Position numbers and translations under genes: made by a program. Shown one piece after another: positions 1 through 15,000 of a DNA stretch of 64,000 nt. The number at the start of each line of letters is the position of its first letter. Position 1 is the stretch's first letter. The stretch is from contig NC_087458.1 in the NCBI RefSeq assembly GCF_036321535.1, positions 4,774,001-4,838,000 on the forward strand, written 5' to 3'. This stretch comes from Camelus dromedarius (lineage: Eukaryota). The notes beneath the pieces are model-generated. The model was not told the DNA's origin. It ran no database searches and saw nothing but the letters and a program-made list of their open reading frames with translations.

Positions 1-36
1 GCCCTCAGGGGTATAGAGGTGTTTGGGAACACTCAC

Positions 37-3223
<3,187 letters not shown>

Positions 3224-4049
3224 GTTCTCGGGCGCGAAGAGAGACCCAGAAGGGCCCCGGCGCCGGCAGCAGGGAAGGCCCCCGCCGGCTGCCCGCGGCG
3301 CGCCTGAGCCGGCGCGGCTCTGCCTGGGCTGAGCCAGGGGAAGCCCGGCCCGGGGCGGGGAACGGGACCTGGCCGGCTCGCGGCTGCCCCCGTGAGACCA
3401 GGGATTGGGGTGAATGCTCCACGAGTCAGCATTTCCCCCACTCCCTTCTCCCTATTTCTTTTCTGGGGAGGGCCACCCATAGCAAGTGACAGCTAGTGGA
3501 ATGACGGTTAGGCGGTTTGACACCGGAAAAGACAACCTCTCCCTCTTGGCTTCACTTTAAATGGAGGCTTTGACTTCGCTCTAGCAGCTCTGAGGCCTCT
3601 TCCAGTTCTAACATTCTGTGATAAGTGGATGCTGAGGGGCGAGGGTGCTGCTCTCACTTTTTCCCTTACGTCAGCTCCATCTAAAAGTGGCGGAAGGATG
3701 GGATCCTCTGAAAAGCTATGCCAACCTCAGAAGTCGCATAACACTTAACTGTCACACTGCAGTATTTAGGCTCCTATTTAAAGAATTCTAAGTCACAAGG
3801 GAGACGGTTCCCTCTGCGGAGGGTCCCAGTACTGGGGAGTAAACTATATAAATGGAATGAATTGGGTCTGTTTGGCAGAAGAGATTTATGGGAAAATGCT
3901 CTATGCATCATGTTACTTGATCTATAAACAGCTTTTGACCAGTAATCCCTCCTCCTAATTAGACTTTCTTTACTTAGCTTTTAAGATACCAGTTTGTTTT
4001 TGTTTTCTCCCTACTTCAGCATTTTTCAGTTTCTTTTGCTGATTTCTCT

Positions 4050-5803
4050 TTTCCTCCCCACTTCTTAGAGTGCCCCCAGGACTCAGTCTTTGGATCTTTA
4101 CCCTTCTCAGGATACACACTCACCCTTGATGATCTCATTCAGCTTAATGGCTTAAAGTACCATTAGTACGCCAATAACTTCAAATTTTCGTCTCCATCGT
4201 AGCCTTCTAAACTCTCGACACGAATATTCAACTGCTTGTCATCTTCCCCTGACATTGTCTAATGGACAATTCAAAGTTAACATGCTCCAAACTAAACCTA
4301 TCTCTGTCCCCTGCCCCAAACTCCCTCACTTGCAGCCTTTCTCCTCTCAGTTGATGGCAACTCCACATTCTTTCAGTTCTTGGATTCAACTTCTCTCCTA
4401 CTCCAGGAAATCCTTTGGCTGCTACCTTTATACTGTTTCCATAATCCAGCCACATCCCATCACCTACCTCCAACACTCCACCCTGGAATAAGACACTATC
4501 TTTCTCTGGATTACTGCTGTAGTCTAATGAATACCTTTCATTGCTCTACAGTTTACTCGCAACAGTCAGAATCTTTAAAACCTAAGTCAGACCATGTCTC
4601 TTCCACACAAAACCTGCAATGACTTTCCCCTTTACTCAGAGTGAAAGAAAAAGGCCATACACATATATCTGGAGGGAACTCTAATTTGAAAAGATACACG
4701 CATCCCAGTGTTCAAAGAAGCACTATATACAACAGCCAAGACATGGAAGCAACCTGAATATCCATTGATATATGACTGGATAAAGAAGCTGTGGTATATT
4801 TATACAATGGAATACTACTCAGCCATAGAAAAGAATAAAATAATGCCATTTCCAGCAACATGGATGGACCTGGAGATTGTCATTCTAAGGGAAGTAAGCC
4901 AGAAAGAGAAAGAAAAATACCATATAATATCACTCATTTTGGAATTTAAAAAAAAGAAAAAAAGAGGACATTAATGAATTCATCTACAAAACAGAAGCAG
5001 ACTCTTGGAGAGTAACCAACCTTATGGTTACCAGGAGAAAGAGGGTGGGAAGGGATAAACTTGGGAGTTTAGAGATTTGTAAATTTTAACCACTATATAT
5101 AAAAGTAGGTAAAAAAATTTCTTCTATACAGCATAGGGAACTATATTCAATATCTTGTTATAACCTTTAATGAAACTGAGTATGAAAACAAATATATGTA
5201 TATAGATACATGACTGGGACTTTATGCTGTACACCAGAAATTGATACATTGTAACTGACTACATTTCAATTAAAATAATAATTTTTAAAAAGGCCATACA
5301 AGGTCTACAAGGGCCTGTGTGATCCAGTCTCATTAGCTCTGACTTCTTCTACTCTCTCTGTAGCTTATACCACTCCATCCACAGTGGACTCCTGGCTGTT
5401 TCTTGAAAACACTTTCCTTCTCCATAGGGCTGCTGCGCTGGCTGTGGCTTTGACTCAGGATGCTCTTATCCCCAGATGCTGGCTTGGCCTAACTCCCTCA
5501 CCCACTTCAAGCCTTTAATTAAATGTCACCTTTTCAATGAGGCCTACTCAGATCACCCCGTTTATTACTGCAACCTGCCTCCCCACCCCCCACTCCTGAT
5601 CCTTGTTTATTCCACCATATTTTCCTCCATAGCAGCTATTATCTAACACACTAAATAATTTTATGTTTGTTCTTCACTGTTAGAAGATATGTTCCAAGGG
5701 GGCAGGGATCTTTGTTTTGTTAGCTGGTGTATCACAAGCACCTAGAATAGTGCCTGGCTCATAGTAGGCCCTCAATAAATAATAAATGGATGAATGAATG
5801 AAT
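4050..5803 (+). mobile_element. Old L2 LINE 3' portion, interrupted by an L1
   Basis: L2 terminus cctagaatagtgcctggctcatagtaggccctcaataaat...gaatgaatgaat at 5740-5803; start approximate. Confidence 0.75.
4662..5286 (+). mobile_element. 5'-truncated L1 nested in L2
   Basis: L1 3' sequence with A-rich tail; 14-bp TSD aaaaaggccataca at 4648-4661 and 5287-5300. Confidence 0.9.
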
Positions 5804-6290
5804 ATGCAGAGGTCTCAAACTGACGGCCCCGGAACCAAATTTTTCTCACAATGTTTTTTTTTTTTAATCAACATTTTTTTTTATTGAGTTAGCCAAAATT
5901 TAAAACAATTTGGAGAGATTTACCACAAAAATCTGTTTTTCCAGTTTCTGTTGAAAAACCTTACGATCTGATACCACTGAGTCTGTATTCCTACATGGCA
6001 ACTGGATGGAGCCGAGCTGTGTCATTCCTTTCTGGATGTGAGCTTTCCATTTTGCTTCAGCCCCACTAATTCCCATTAGCTGTCCAGGCCCCTGGAAGTG
6101 TTTAATTTGCAATTTTTACCCTATAAGGCAATGAGAAAGTTCAATGACGGTGGCACCACTGGGTTATTAAGTATAGGGATGATGATAAAAATATTGAACT
6201 AATAGGAACCGGGAACCAACCAATCAGGTCAGATGCTGGACCAGGGCCTTAGAAGCCCCCTACAGTGGCAGACTCAAACCCTTTAGTTGC

Positions 6291-6488
6291 TGACGTGGGT
6301 ATGCATATACCCCTGCCAGAGAGGGGTCCACATTGGGTGGGTGTGTGTTCAGCCAGGGCTGTTTACCAACTTGCACAGAAACTGAAGTATTTTAACCTCT
6401 GGTACAGCTGTGAAGTGCACACTAGTAGAATAGGAGCCTTGGTTAAGGGGGTAGGGGAGCAGCAGAGTGGAGTCCTGAAGTGACATCA
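6291..6488 (+). promoter_or_regulatory. OAZ3 testis promoter CRE-like sites TGACGTGG (6291) and TGACATCA (6481)
   Basis: Near-consensus CRE motifs upstream of the CUG exon; haploid germ-cell genes are commonly CREM-driven; function inferred. Confidence 0.55.
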
Positions 6489-6606
6489 GGGCTAGCCCCT
6501 TGTCTGTGTCATAGTGCTCACCGGGTCACAATGGACCAGGATGCCTGAACCTCTGCCACCGATCTCTGAACCTCACTTTGCCGCAGGGAGGCACTGAACT
6601 AAGAAA

Positions 6607-6770
6607 CTGCCTTGTTACAGGTCACGCCCCTCTGTCTACTCCCTTTCTTATATCAAGAGGGGAAAAACACGGAACTACCTCTACCCGATCTGGTCACCAT
6701 ACGCCTATTACCTTTACTGTTACAAATACCAGATCACCCTCCGGGAAAAGATGCTGCCTTGTTATAAAAG
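6607..6770 (+). CDS. OAZ3: OAZ3 exon 1 coding part, CUG-initiated
   Basis: aagaaaCTG with -3 A; in-frame TGA at 6595-6597 blocks upstream AUGs; donor AG|gtaatt; in-frame internal ATG at 6751. Confidence 0.85.
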
Positions 6771-9589
6771 GTAATTGTTTTCATCTCTATTTGTAGTTGT
6801 TTATATAAATTGTAAAGAAAAATAAAAGTATTTGAAAGGCCCTCCCAAGGAGTAAAATAGCAAAACAGGATGGAAGGCTGACATGGAACTGTAAACTTTT
6901 TCTATCTGGCTAGCTTGGGAAAATGGAAACAGACTGGTTCATGTAAGATACAGAAGGTAGTGCCAGAGCCTGGCTGTGTGTACCTGGAAGTTATGAATCT
7001 CTCCCCATTTCGGACTCAGAGATAAACTAATTTGGGCCTCTTTTTCCCAACCAGCATCACTTATAAGGAACAGGAGGACCTAACACTCCGGCCCCGTTGC
7101 TGCCTTCAGTGCTCCTGAGTCCCTAGTAGGCCCTCAGGTGGGCAGAAGCACCAAGCAGGCAGATCACGACCAGCTTAAAGAACTCTATTCGGTAAGTGGA
7201 CTGTGAGCTGGTGCTGTGACGTGGCAGTCCCTTGCTTGCTGTGATGTCACCTTACACAGGGACAGTAGCTAGTTGGAAAATGAGTCACAGAAAGTTAGAG
7301 CTAGGCAAGACCTTGGAGCTCATGTGTAAAAGCTACTTTATAGACAACGATTCTGGTCCAGAGATCTTAAGGCAAGGTTCTAGGGCTGGTGGTGAAAAGC
7401 AGAATGGGAAAAAAGGAAGTGGGTACAAAAATGGGCTGTATTAAGACTTCGGGGACATAAAGCTGTTTAGATGCTAATTTCAAGGACTAGAACCCAAAAC
7501 TCCTGCACTTGCCTTTGTATCATATCCCAGTAACACGCCTGAGTATGAGCTCTGCATTTTAAGAAATGGGAGAATTTAGAGAAAACTCATGATGGGAAAA
7601 AGAAGAGTATTATCAATGAGACAATAAATAGATTGCACAGCTTTGTTTAAAGTATAACCTCTCTGATGCAAATATAAGTTTCTGAACAGTTAGTGCACCC
7701 TTGAGTGAGGCCAGCCAGTGGCAATACTGCATTGACTGCAGATGCCATATTGTCTGATATCAAGGGAGAACTCCAATGATAAGGACAGAATTAGGTCCTA
7801 GGACTAAGGGACACTGAGTAAGGCCTTGGCTCTAATTCTCCCAGTCTCCCTATCAGCCCCCTCCTTGTTTCCACAGACATACTCAAATTGGCCCGAGATC
7901 TGATTTGAGGGTTGGGTGAGCACAGAAACAGACTGCTACTCTCATTTTTACTCCTTTTCTAGGCTGGGAACCTGACGGTGCTGACTACTGACCCCCTGCT
8001 TCACCAGGACCCAGTGCAACTAGACTTCCACTTCCGCCTCACCCCCCAGACCTCTGCCCACTGGCACGGCCTTCTTTGTGACCACAGGCTTTTCCTGGAT
8101 ATCCCATATCGGGCCTTGGATCAAGGCAACCGGGAAAGGTGACTGAGCCTGGATGGGGGACAGGGGAGGGAAGAGGTAGGGGATTTCACCCTTATCATGT
8201 CATAATCAGGTAGTGAGTATGCTAACCAGCGAGGACTTAGTCAGGAGCTGGACACATTCAAACCACTGAACTGGCATGCAGACAAACCTGTGAGCTGAGC
8301 CTGGGGTTCACAGGACAAAAGCCCAGGGAGGGTTGCCCAGCTGATTCAGAAACACAAGTGGGGATCCATAAATTGTTGAAAGGAAGTGCCCTCCCACTGT
8401 TTGTCTTTATGGAGTGGCCCCTTCTCCCCGGGGCCCCTTCCGTGGCATAGGTGTCAGGCCAGTAGTGTATAGTCCTTTGGCTTCAGAGAAAAATCTATTA
8501 ACCTAGTTTAGCAACTTTCATTGCCTTACTTGGGTCAGGAAAAACTGAGCAATAAGATTTCTTCTGCTCCAGTAGGCATCTGCGGGATTTTGAGCTTGCT
8601 AAACATTATATTAACCGTGATTTTCTGCTCTGGTCCCTAGTTTGACTGCAACACTGGAGTACGTGGAGGAGAAGACCAATGTGGACTCCGTGTTTGTAAA
8701 CTTCCAAAACAACCGGAATGACAGAGGTGGGGATCTGCTCTGTCCTTCTAGGCCCTGTTCCTGAAGCAGCTGACAGCGACTTTTCCTTTGTAGGAGACCT
8801 TCCCCTCACTCTTTAAAAAAGGGCATGCTCATGTATTCCAGGGATTCACCACCACCCCCAACTCCCTGCCAAGGAACCAAAGCACCTAGCAATCTGTTCA
8901 TTCAAGTTATAACTGGACAATCAGGAAGGCCCTGCAGGTAGATTTCAGAAGCTAGACTGAAGGAGCATTGGTGAATTACACAGAAGCCATTCAAGGGATG
9001 TGGCTGGTAGGATAGAAAGGATCTCAAACGCATTAAGCACCTACAGTGTGAAAGGGTCTGGCATAAGACCAGGATAGGAATATATTTAACCAGATGTGAG
9101 ATGCACATTACAGAAACTATACCTCTTCCCTCAGGGAGTTGACTATACCATCATTGTGTTAACACTTCATAAACCTTTCATTTGATTTAAATTCTTTGAG
9201 GAAAGTTCTGTGATCCTCACTTTACAAACGAGAAAATCAAAGTTCAGAAGGGTTAATTTGCAGAACATTACAAAGCTAAGTGCTGAAGCCAGGGCTAAAG
9301 CCTAGGTCTGTTTGACTCCAAAACACATCATCCTAATGCCTGTGCGACACCGCTTCCCCCAGTCATTCCCTAGTGGAAGAAGCCAAGTCTAGGCGGATTG
9401 CTGTATTGAGCTTCAGCATGATCTAACCTGTTCTCTCCTCTCACAGGTGCCCTGCTACGGGCCTTCAGCTACTTGGGCTTTGAGATAGTCAGACCAGGTC
9501 ACCCAGCCCTTCCTCCCTGGGACAATGTCATCTTTATGGTGTATCCCCTGGAAAGGGACCTTGGCCACCCGCCCAGTGAGCCCCCCTGA
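6607..9589 (+). CDS. OAZ3: Ornithine decarboxylase antizyme 3, join(6607-6770,7055-7115,7117-7191,7963-8138,8641-8726,9447-9589); CUG start, +1 frameshift skipping T7116; 234 aa
   Basis: ORF1 LPCYRSRPSVYSLSY...ITYKEQEDLTLRPRCCLQCS*; +1 frame ESLVG...AGNLTVL...LTATLEYVEEKTNVDSVFVNF...ALLRAFSYLGFEIVRPGHP...FMVYPLERD (antizyme fold signature). Confidence 0.95.
7055..7191 (+). CDS. OAZ3: OAZ3 exon 2 (contains the frameshift)
   Basis: ccag|C ATC ACT...TAT TCG|gtaagt. Confidence 0.95.
7113..7119 (+). other. OAZ3: Programmed +1 ribosomal frameshift site UCC-UGA-G
   Basis: TGC TCC TGA G at 7110-7119, the conserved antizyme shift site; the downstream +1 frame is open to 9589 after splicing. Confidence 0.95.
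7963..8138 (+). CDS. OAZ3: OAZ3 exon 3
   Basis: tag|GCT...AG|gtgact; AGNLTVLTTDPLLHQDPVQLDFHFRL...GNRE. Confidence 0.95.
8641..8726 (+). CDS. OAZ3: OAZ3 exon 4
   Basis: tag|T TTG...AGA G|gtgggg; LTATLEYVEEKTNVDSVFVNFQNNRNDR. Confidence 0.95.
9150..9330 (-). mobile_element. MIR SINE fragment
   Basis: ctcactttacaaacgagaaaatcaaagttcagaagggttaatttgc resembles the MIR core; bounds approximate. Confidence 0.6.
9447..9589 (+). CDS. OAZ3: OAZ3 exon 5 to stop
   Basis: cag|GT GCC...CCC TGA; ALLRAFSYLGFEIVRPGHPALPPWDNVIFMVYPLERDLGHPPSEPP*. Confidence 0.95.
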
Positions 9590-9679
9590 ACATGCTTATT
9601 CTGCTCTGGGAGGGGCTGGGGGCCTGATAAATGAGAACCAGAGGCCCCGGATGTGATTCAGGACACCTCCCATCTTAGG

Positions 9680-9685
9680 AATAAA
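9680..9685 (+). terminator. OAZ3 polyadenylation signal AATAAA
   Basis: First canonical hexamer, ~90 nt after the stop. Confidence 0.65.
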
Positions 9686-11091
9686 GGGTAGTGCAATCCT
9701 CAAGTGTTTGCTGTTTCTTATGGTGGTGGTGGGGAATGGTGCGGTTGGCTGGAGTGAAAATGAGCCTTGAGCTGAACTCACTGTAGGACAAACATTTAAT
9801 GACTGAAAAGATCAGAGGGACCTGAGCCAGAGAGGAAAAGGACTCAAGGATTTTTAGCTTTTGCCTTCCCCTGCCCCACAGCCATTTCTCCACTTATTCT
9901 AACCATCTACTGAGCACCTGCCAGGAGCCAAGAACCAAGCGCTAGGGAGTTCAGAAAGATTTAGGCCTTGTTGGGCAATTTTCATCCATATATTTTGGCT
10001 CAAATTGAAGGCAAATGCTAATTCCTTCTCTTTGATGTGGAGGAAATCAGAAGTACATGGATCCTGTAGTTTTGCCTCAAGGGGAGGATTTCAACAGATG
10101 AAATAGGAAGCATGACGAGAGCATTCCAGGAAGCAGGAAAAGTGCAGCATTGTACTGTTAGAATAAAGACCCCATCGGAATGGGATGTAAACTGACAAGG
10201 CTCAAAGGCCGCATTAAAGGAACAGGCTTTCATACAGAGTAACAAGCTGCAGCTGGGAATGAGACACTACTGATTTTCCAGAGCAAGAAGTCCCGTGAAC
10301 GCTTTGCATCAAAGGAGTTCCCTTCCTAGGAGTAAAGGCTGAGGAAAGTGGGGCCCAGCTGGCCGCACAACCCTGCCGTAGAGCAGTTCCAGCCGCAGGG
10401 CTGCGCCTGCTGCAGAGTGTGCAGCACAGCCAAGTCTGAAACGTCACGTCAGTGGCGGCCCTTGATTCCTCCAGGACCAGCCAAGCTGCTCATCAAAAAT
10501 GCACCTTCACAGAAACCTTTCTGCTCGTTGGTACTGAGATTTTCTGAGATAATAAATCTTGAAAATTGTTGTCTATGGGAAAATAGTTGCCATGTAGTAT
10601 GTGGGTAGACACTGCTAATTCCTCGATTTAAAAAAATCCTCCATATGGCATCCTTATATACTGGTTTTAAGTTTTCCACTTTACCATGCTCATCTTAAAA
10701 AAATACTCATTTACCATTCTACCACGTTACATTAATATTTACTTTCAAGTAACCTTCACAATTCTCACCGGATCCTCACGATACTGTCAGAAACGGAGAG
10801 ATACTATACAAGGAAACAGGCTCCATAAATTCACAGCAAAGATCTATTCCTAGAACCCAGGTTTCTAGAATCCTAATCCATCCCTTTAAGGTGGGGTTTT
10901 ACACAGCCTAACCTAAACTGGTTCTGAAGTTACTTTATGATGGGTGCGCGAGCAGGACACCTGTTTCCCAGACGGGCCCCTCTGTGTGAGGTGTCCAGCA
11001 ATTTTCAGCAGATTTCAGTTAAGATACCCATAGGCTTGCTTCCACCTTGTGATTCAACCAGCACTTAGTTTTAGGTAATTTTCTTGAGAAC

Positions 11092-11097
11092 TTTATT
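11092..11097 (-). terminator. Probable TDRKH polyadenylation signal (AATAAA on minus)
   Basis: tttatt ~930 nt after the TDRKH stop. Confidence 0.5.
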
Positions 11098-12023
11098 CAG
11101 CAAAGAATCTCTCAAATGATTTAAACAGCTACATATGTTCTCTCTCTCTCCGTGGCTCTGTGTGTACATATATATGTATTATAGACACTATACTAGCAAT
11201 TTAGAATAGTTGCCTCTCTCCTTGTCTACTTGTATTTTAACTGAAGTTTACAGGGAAATAGCTGGAGCACTGTTTCAAAAAACTTGACTCCAATAACATT
11301 AACAGTTGAGGCTGGGAGGCAGTATTCTCTTCCCACTTCCTAAAGCTTTTTAATGTAACTATACTGATTTTTGCTTTTGCCTCCTGACTCAACTGCCATC
11401 TTTGAGTTCACCACTCAAATACCCCTTAACCAGAGTCACCTGATGAGGTGAGTCAGAAGTCTGCAGAATCATCTCTTCCAATGACCAAATGCTGGCTGTT
11501 TCTCAGCCTCAAAAAGAACACAGCCTAGCAGCAGTGTGCACTATGACTGGCAGAGGGGAACGAGCGGGATACTGAGCAGCCTGGAAGGAGGGCAGCAGTA
11601 TTCAGACACTGCAAGTGGGCGAGGAGGTGGTGGGAAGGGGCATGTGTTTGTCTCCCTCCACCCCACATGCTTTCTGGTAGTCCAGTGGAAGGAGAAAATG
11701 CATTTGGTCCACAGCAAGCCAGATCATGTATATAATAAAGGAAGGACTGCATAGATCTCTTTATCATAGGCTCTTCTCTCCAGGCACCAAATCTTATGCC
11801 AAATCCTGCCAAAGACACAAAGATACAAAAAGCTTGAAAGGGCTCAATCTGAAAGTAAAGCTGCAGGAAAGCAGCTGCAGAGAAGCAGTAGTAAGACAGA
11901 CTATGGGGGAAGAGACTAAAACAAGGCCCCCGCTGGCACCCTCCTCATTACTTTCCTGTTGCTACAGACAGATGACAGCTCTACTCACAGCAAAGCAGAT
12001 GGTGGGGGGAGCTGAAGCTGGTT

Positions 12024-12076
12024 TCAAAGCAAGTAGTCATCTTCAAGGTTATCATCACCAGACATAGAGGCAGCCT
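12024..12076 (-). CDS. TDRKH: TDRKH last coding exon
   Basis: tag|AG GCT...; EAASMSGDDNLEDDYLL*. Confidence 0.94.
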
Positions 12077-15000
12077 CTATTCAGCAGAAATGAGAGAAAG
12101 TTAGAGACTGCTCTAATTTAGCAGGCACTGCCACTGAAGCTCAGGGGAAAGAATGGGCTTCTTGGTATTTAATGACCACCTTGCTTAAGAGGTAAGCCCT
12201 AACAACCTCCCTAGTTTGGAGAGACATTAAGAAATGGTAACAAAAAAAAAAAGAAACAAAGAAACAAAGAAAAAGAAAAAAGAAAAGAAAAGAAAAAGAG
12301 AAGAGAAAAGAAGAGGAAAAAGAAAAAGAAAGAAATGGTAACTTCCAAAGCTTCCCTAGGGAGCGAACGCCGTCTGTACCTGATAAGCTGAGGCAGGACG
12401 GGGTGTTTGGTATCTCTCCAGGGCTCTTCTTGGTCTCAGGGAGCATGCTGCTGAGAGAGACATCTGTTTCTGCAGCCTGAAGGGAGAAAATAAGAGAAAA
12501 AGAATGTGTTTGGCTGGTGGGAAAGGAGAGGCCACCCCATCATTTTGCTCACAGAATCTGGGTCAGGCAGATTTTTGGCTGCTGAGAGGGACACAATGCC
12601 TCCTTTGATCAACTAGCGGAGCAACTCAGTCCTTAAGAGTGCTCCCTACGAACTGCCTACAAACCGCATGCATGATGAGAAGCCCGCATGTCTCGAGGCA
12701 CCATATTTGCTCCAAAGCAGCCCCCTGAAGGACTACAATGGCTCCCTTACCACATCATGCAACATTCCTGGGACAGTTCTGTTTTCTTCCACGTCTTCAG
12801 GAAGCTCAACTGCGTATCCTTTACGAACTAATTCTAACCCAACATCAAGTTTCTGAAAAGAAAAATGAAAAGGGAATGATATCTCTGAAGGAAGGGCAAG
12901 TCAGAGGAAATCAGGCAGAAGCGCTAGGATTGATGCTTTAAAGCGTTCCTTTGATGGTTCAGTAAGCAGGATCTTATGAGGTAGAAATATTATCAGATAA
13001 GGGTTTCTGGGAAAGAAAGTAGAGACAATTAATATTACTGAAGAGACAGTGAGCCATGAGTGAACCCCAATCTTACCTTCCCATTGCTAGTATCATATAA
13101 GTAGATCTTGGGCCAAGTTGAGATCCCAGACTGGACATAACTAGAGATCTTGGCCACCAGGGGTTTCCAGTCAGCACAGTGAGTGAGTCTGTCAAACTCA
13201 TCCAAAGCTTCTTCTTCCCATTGTTCACCTGACAAAAGATCAGAGAGCGCACTCCACCTAGGAAGGCTCAGAGCTGATGGGGGTGGGATGATGGGAACCG
13301 GAGGGAAACGGGAACTACCACCATCTATTCCAAAAGTCACCTATGTCTGCCTGCCTGGCAAGTTTCTGGCTGTTGCTTTCTAGCACTGGCAAGGAAAAGG
13401 CACCTGAACCCCCACAACTCAAAAAGCCTGGGAATGTGAGTATCCCCACCATGTGCTCTGTGAAGTTATTCTATCTGGAGCGAGGTCAATAGGTGGTGTG
13501 ACCAATGTACCTGAGGGGGCGATCCGTGCCAAACTACACTCTATTGCTTGAAATGGAAGGCTTAGGAAGTCACTCCTAAAGTGAAAGAAATTGAAGTTAG
13601 AATCCTAGTGCCAGAAGGGCCTTCTTATGTTCATTGCTTCTAGACAGCACCAATTAACCGAGCAGGAATAGATAATCATCTGATCTCTGTAAAGAGGTTC
13701 TCTTCCAAATCCACCCTGGTGATGAGTGCCGACAGCTCACCATCCTACAGCCAGGACTGAGTCACCAGGTGGGACTCCAGCATGACTCCACCCTGGTCCC
13801 CACACCGACCTGAGCACTCTGAGGTCCCTCAGTGGGCAATCTCCATTATCTCCAAAGTCAACGAAGTAGAGGTCCAGGTTTCCATTCTCTAAGGTCCCAA
13901 GGACCCGGGCTCGATACCAGGAACCATTTGTAGGTAAAGGTGCTGCAACAATGTCTCCTACATGCACAGTCAAGTCTTCAGGCTACACAAAGGGATGAGG
14001 AGTTAGGAGGGGGCAGTTAGGAAGGGGCAGGCTGAAAACTAAACAGTGAATACATCAGAAGGAAGAAAGAACCAGCAGCTGCTCCACAGGAAAGGGAAGA
14101 CAGTATGTCACAATGAAAAAGATATGCTCCTTTCATCAAACTCCTGCCCTGTCCCTATGAAAACTCACCAGACTGTTTTCATAGTGTTGGGTCATCTCAC
14201 TGACAAGCTTATCCAATTGCAGGCTGCGGGAGCCAATGATCTGGATCCAGAAGTGGTTAGGATGTTCAGAGGCAGAGACATAGACTTCGAGGAATTCATC
14301 AGCATGGAAACTGAAGTCTGGACTGGGGACTAAACACAGGGATAAGCAAGTTAAGCTGCAGAAACTACCATCCACTGTGGTGACTTACCAGAATCATCTG
14401 GGTTGAAATGGGGAGACTGGATCAGTGGGGGGTGAGAGGTACAAATACCAAGTGGCTATTACCATTTAAAAATGGCTAGGGGGACAAATGGATGAATTAT
14501 ACAAAACATCCTGAAGAAAGGCAGTAAGCTATGTTCTGTTCCTTTCTATGTAACTGAGTAATGAGAGTTTATTCACATTTTGGGCCATCTGCCATGTATT
14601 CAAATCAGTCACCAATTACAATGAAGGGAAATCCCCATATGCTAGCTGCAGTACGGACCAGGGAAAGACACATGGACAGACATGCACCTGTTCCAGATCC
14701 CATTCTACCACTGAGTCATTATGTGACCTTGGACAAGTCTATGAACCTCTTAGGGGCCCTGGTCCTCCCTGCCCATCCCAGTACCTATGCATAGAAGAAA
14801 AAGTCCATGGCCTTTTCATTCTTCTTGAATGGTGAAAAGTTTTAAAAACAGTAATAAGACAGGAAAAAAAATAGGACTCAGTATATTCTACTTGTTTAAA
14901 TAAGTATGTTTGGAGAAAGAATATCATGTAAATTCAATTACCTGACGTACTACACAGAGACTGGTTTCCTGTGAGCTAGCATGTTTCTATATTGTTCTCT

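Noticed and set aside
3810-3836. Two adjacent small hairpins (ccctc/gaggg and palindrome cccagtactggg)
   Set aside because: Short stems expected by chance; no supporting context.
12672-12678. snoRNA box C (ATGATGA) in a CpG-rich patch of TDRKH intron 11
   Set aside because: On the strand opposite the host gene, with no convincing box D or terminal stem.
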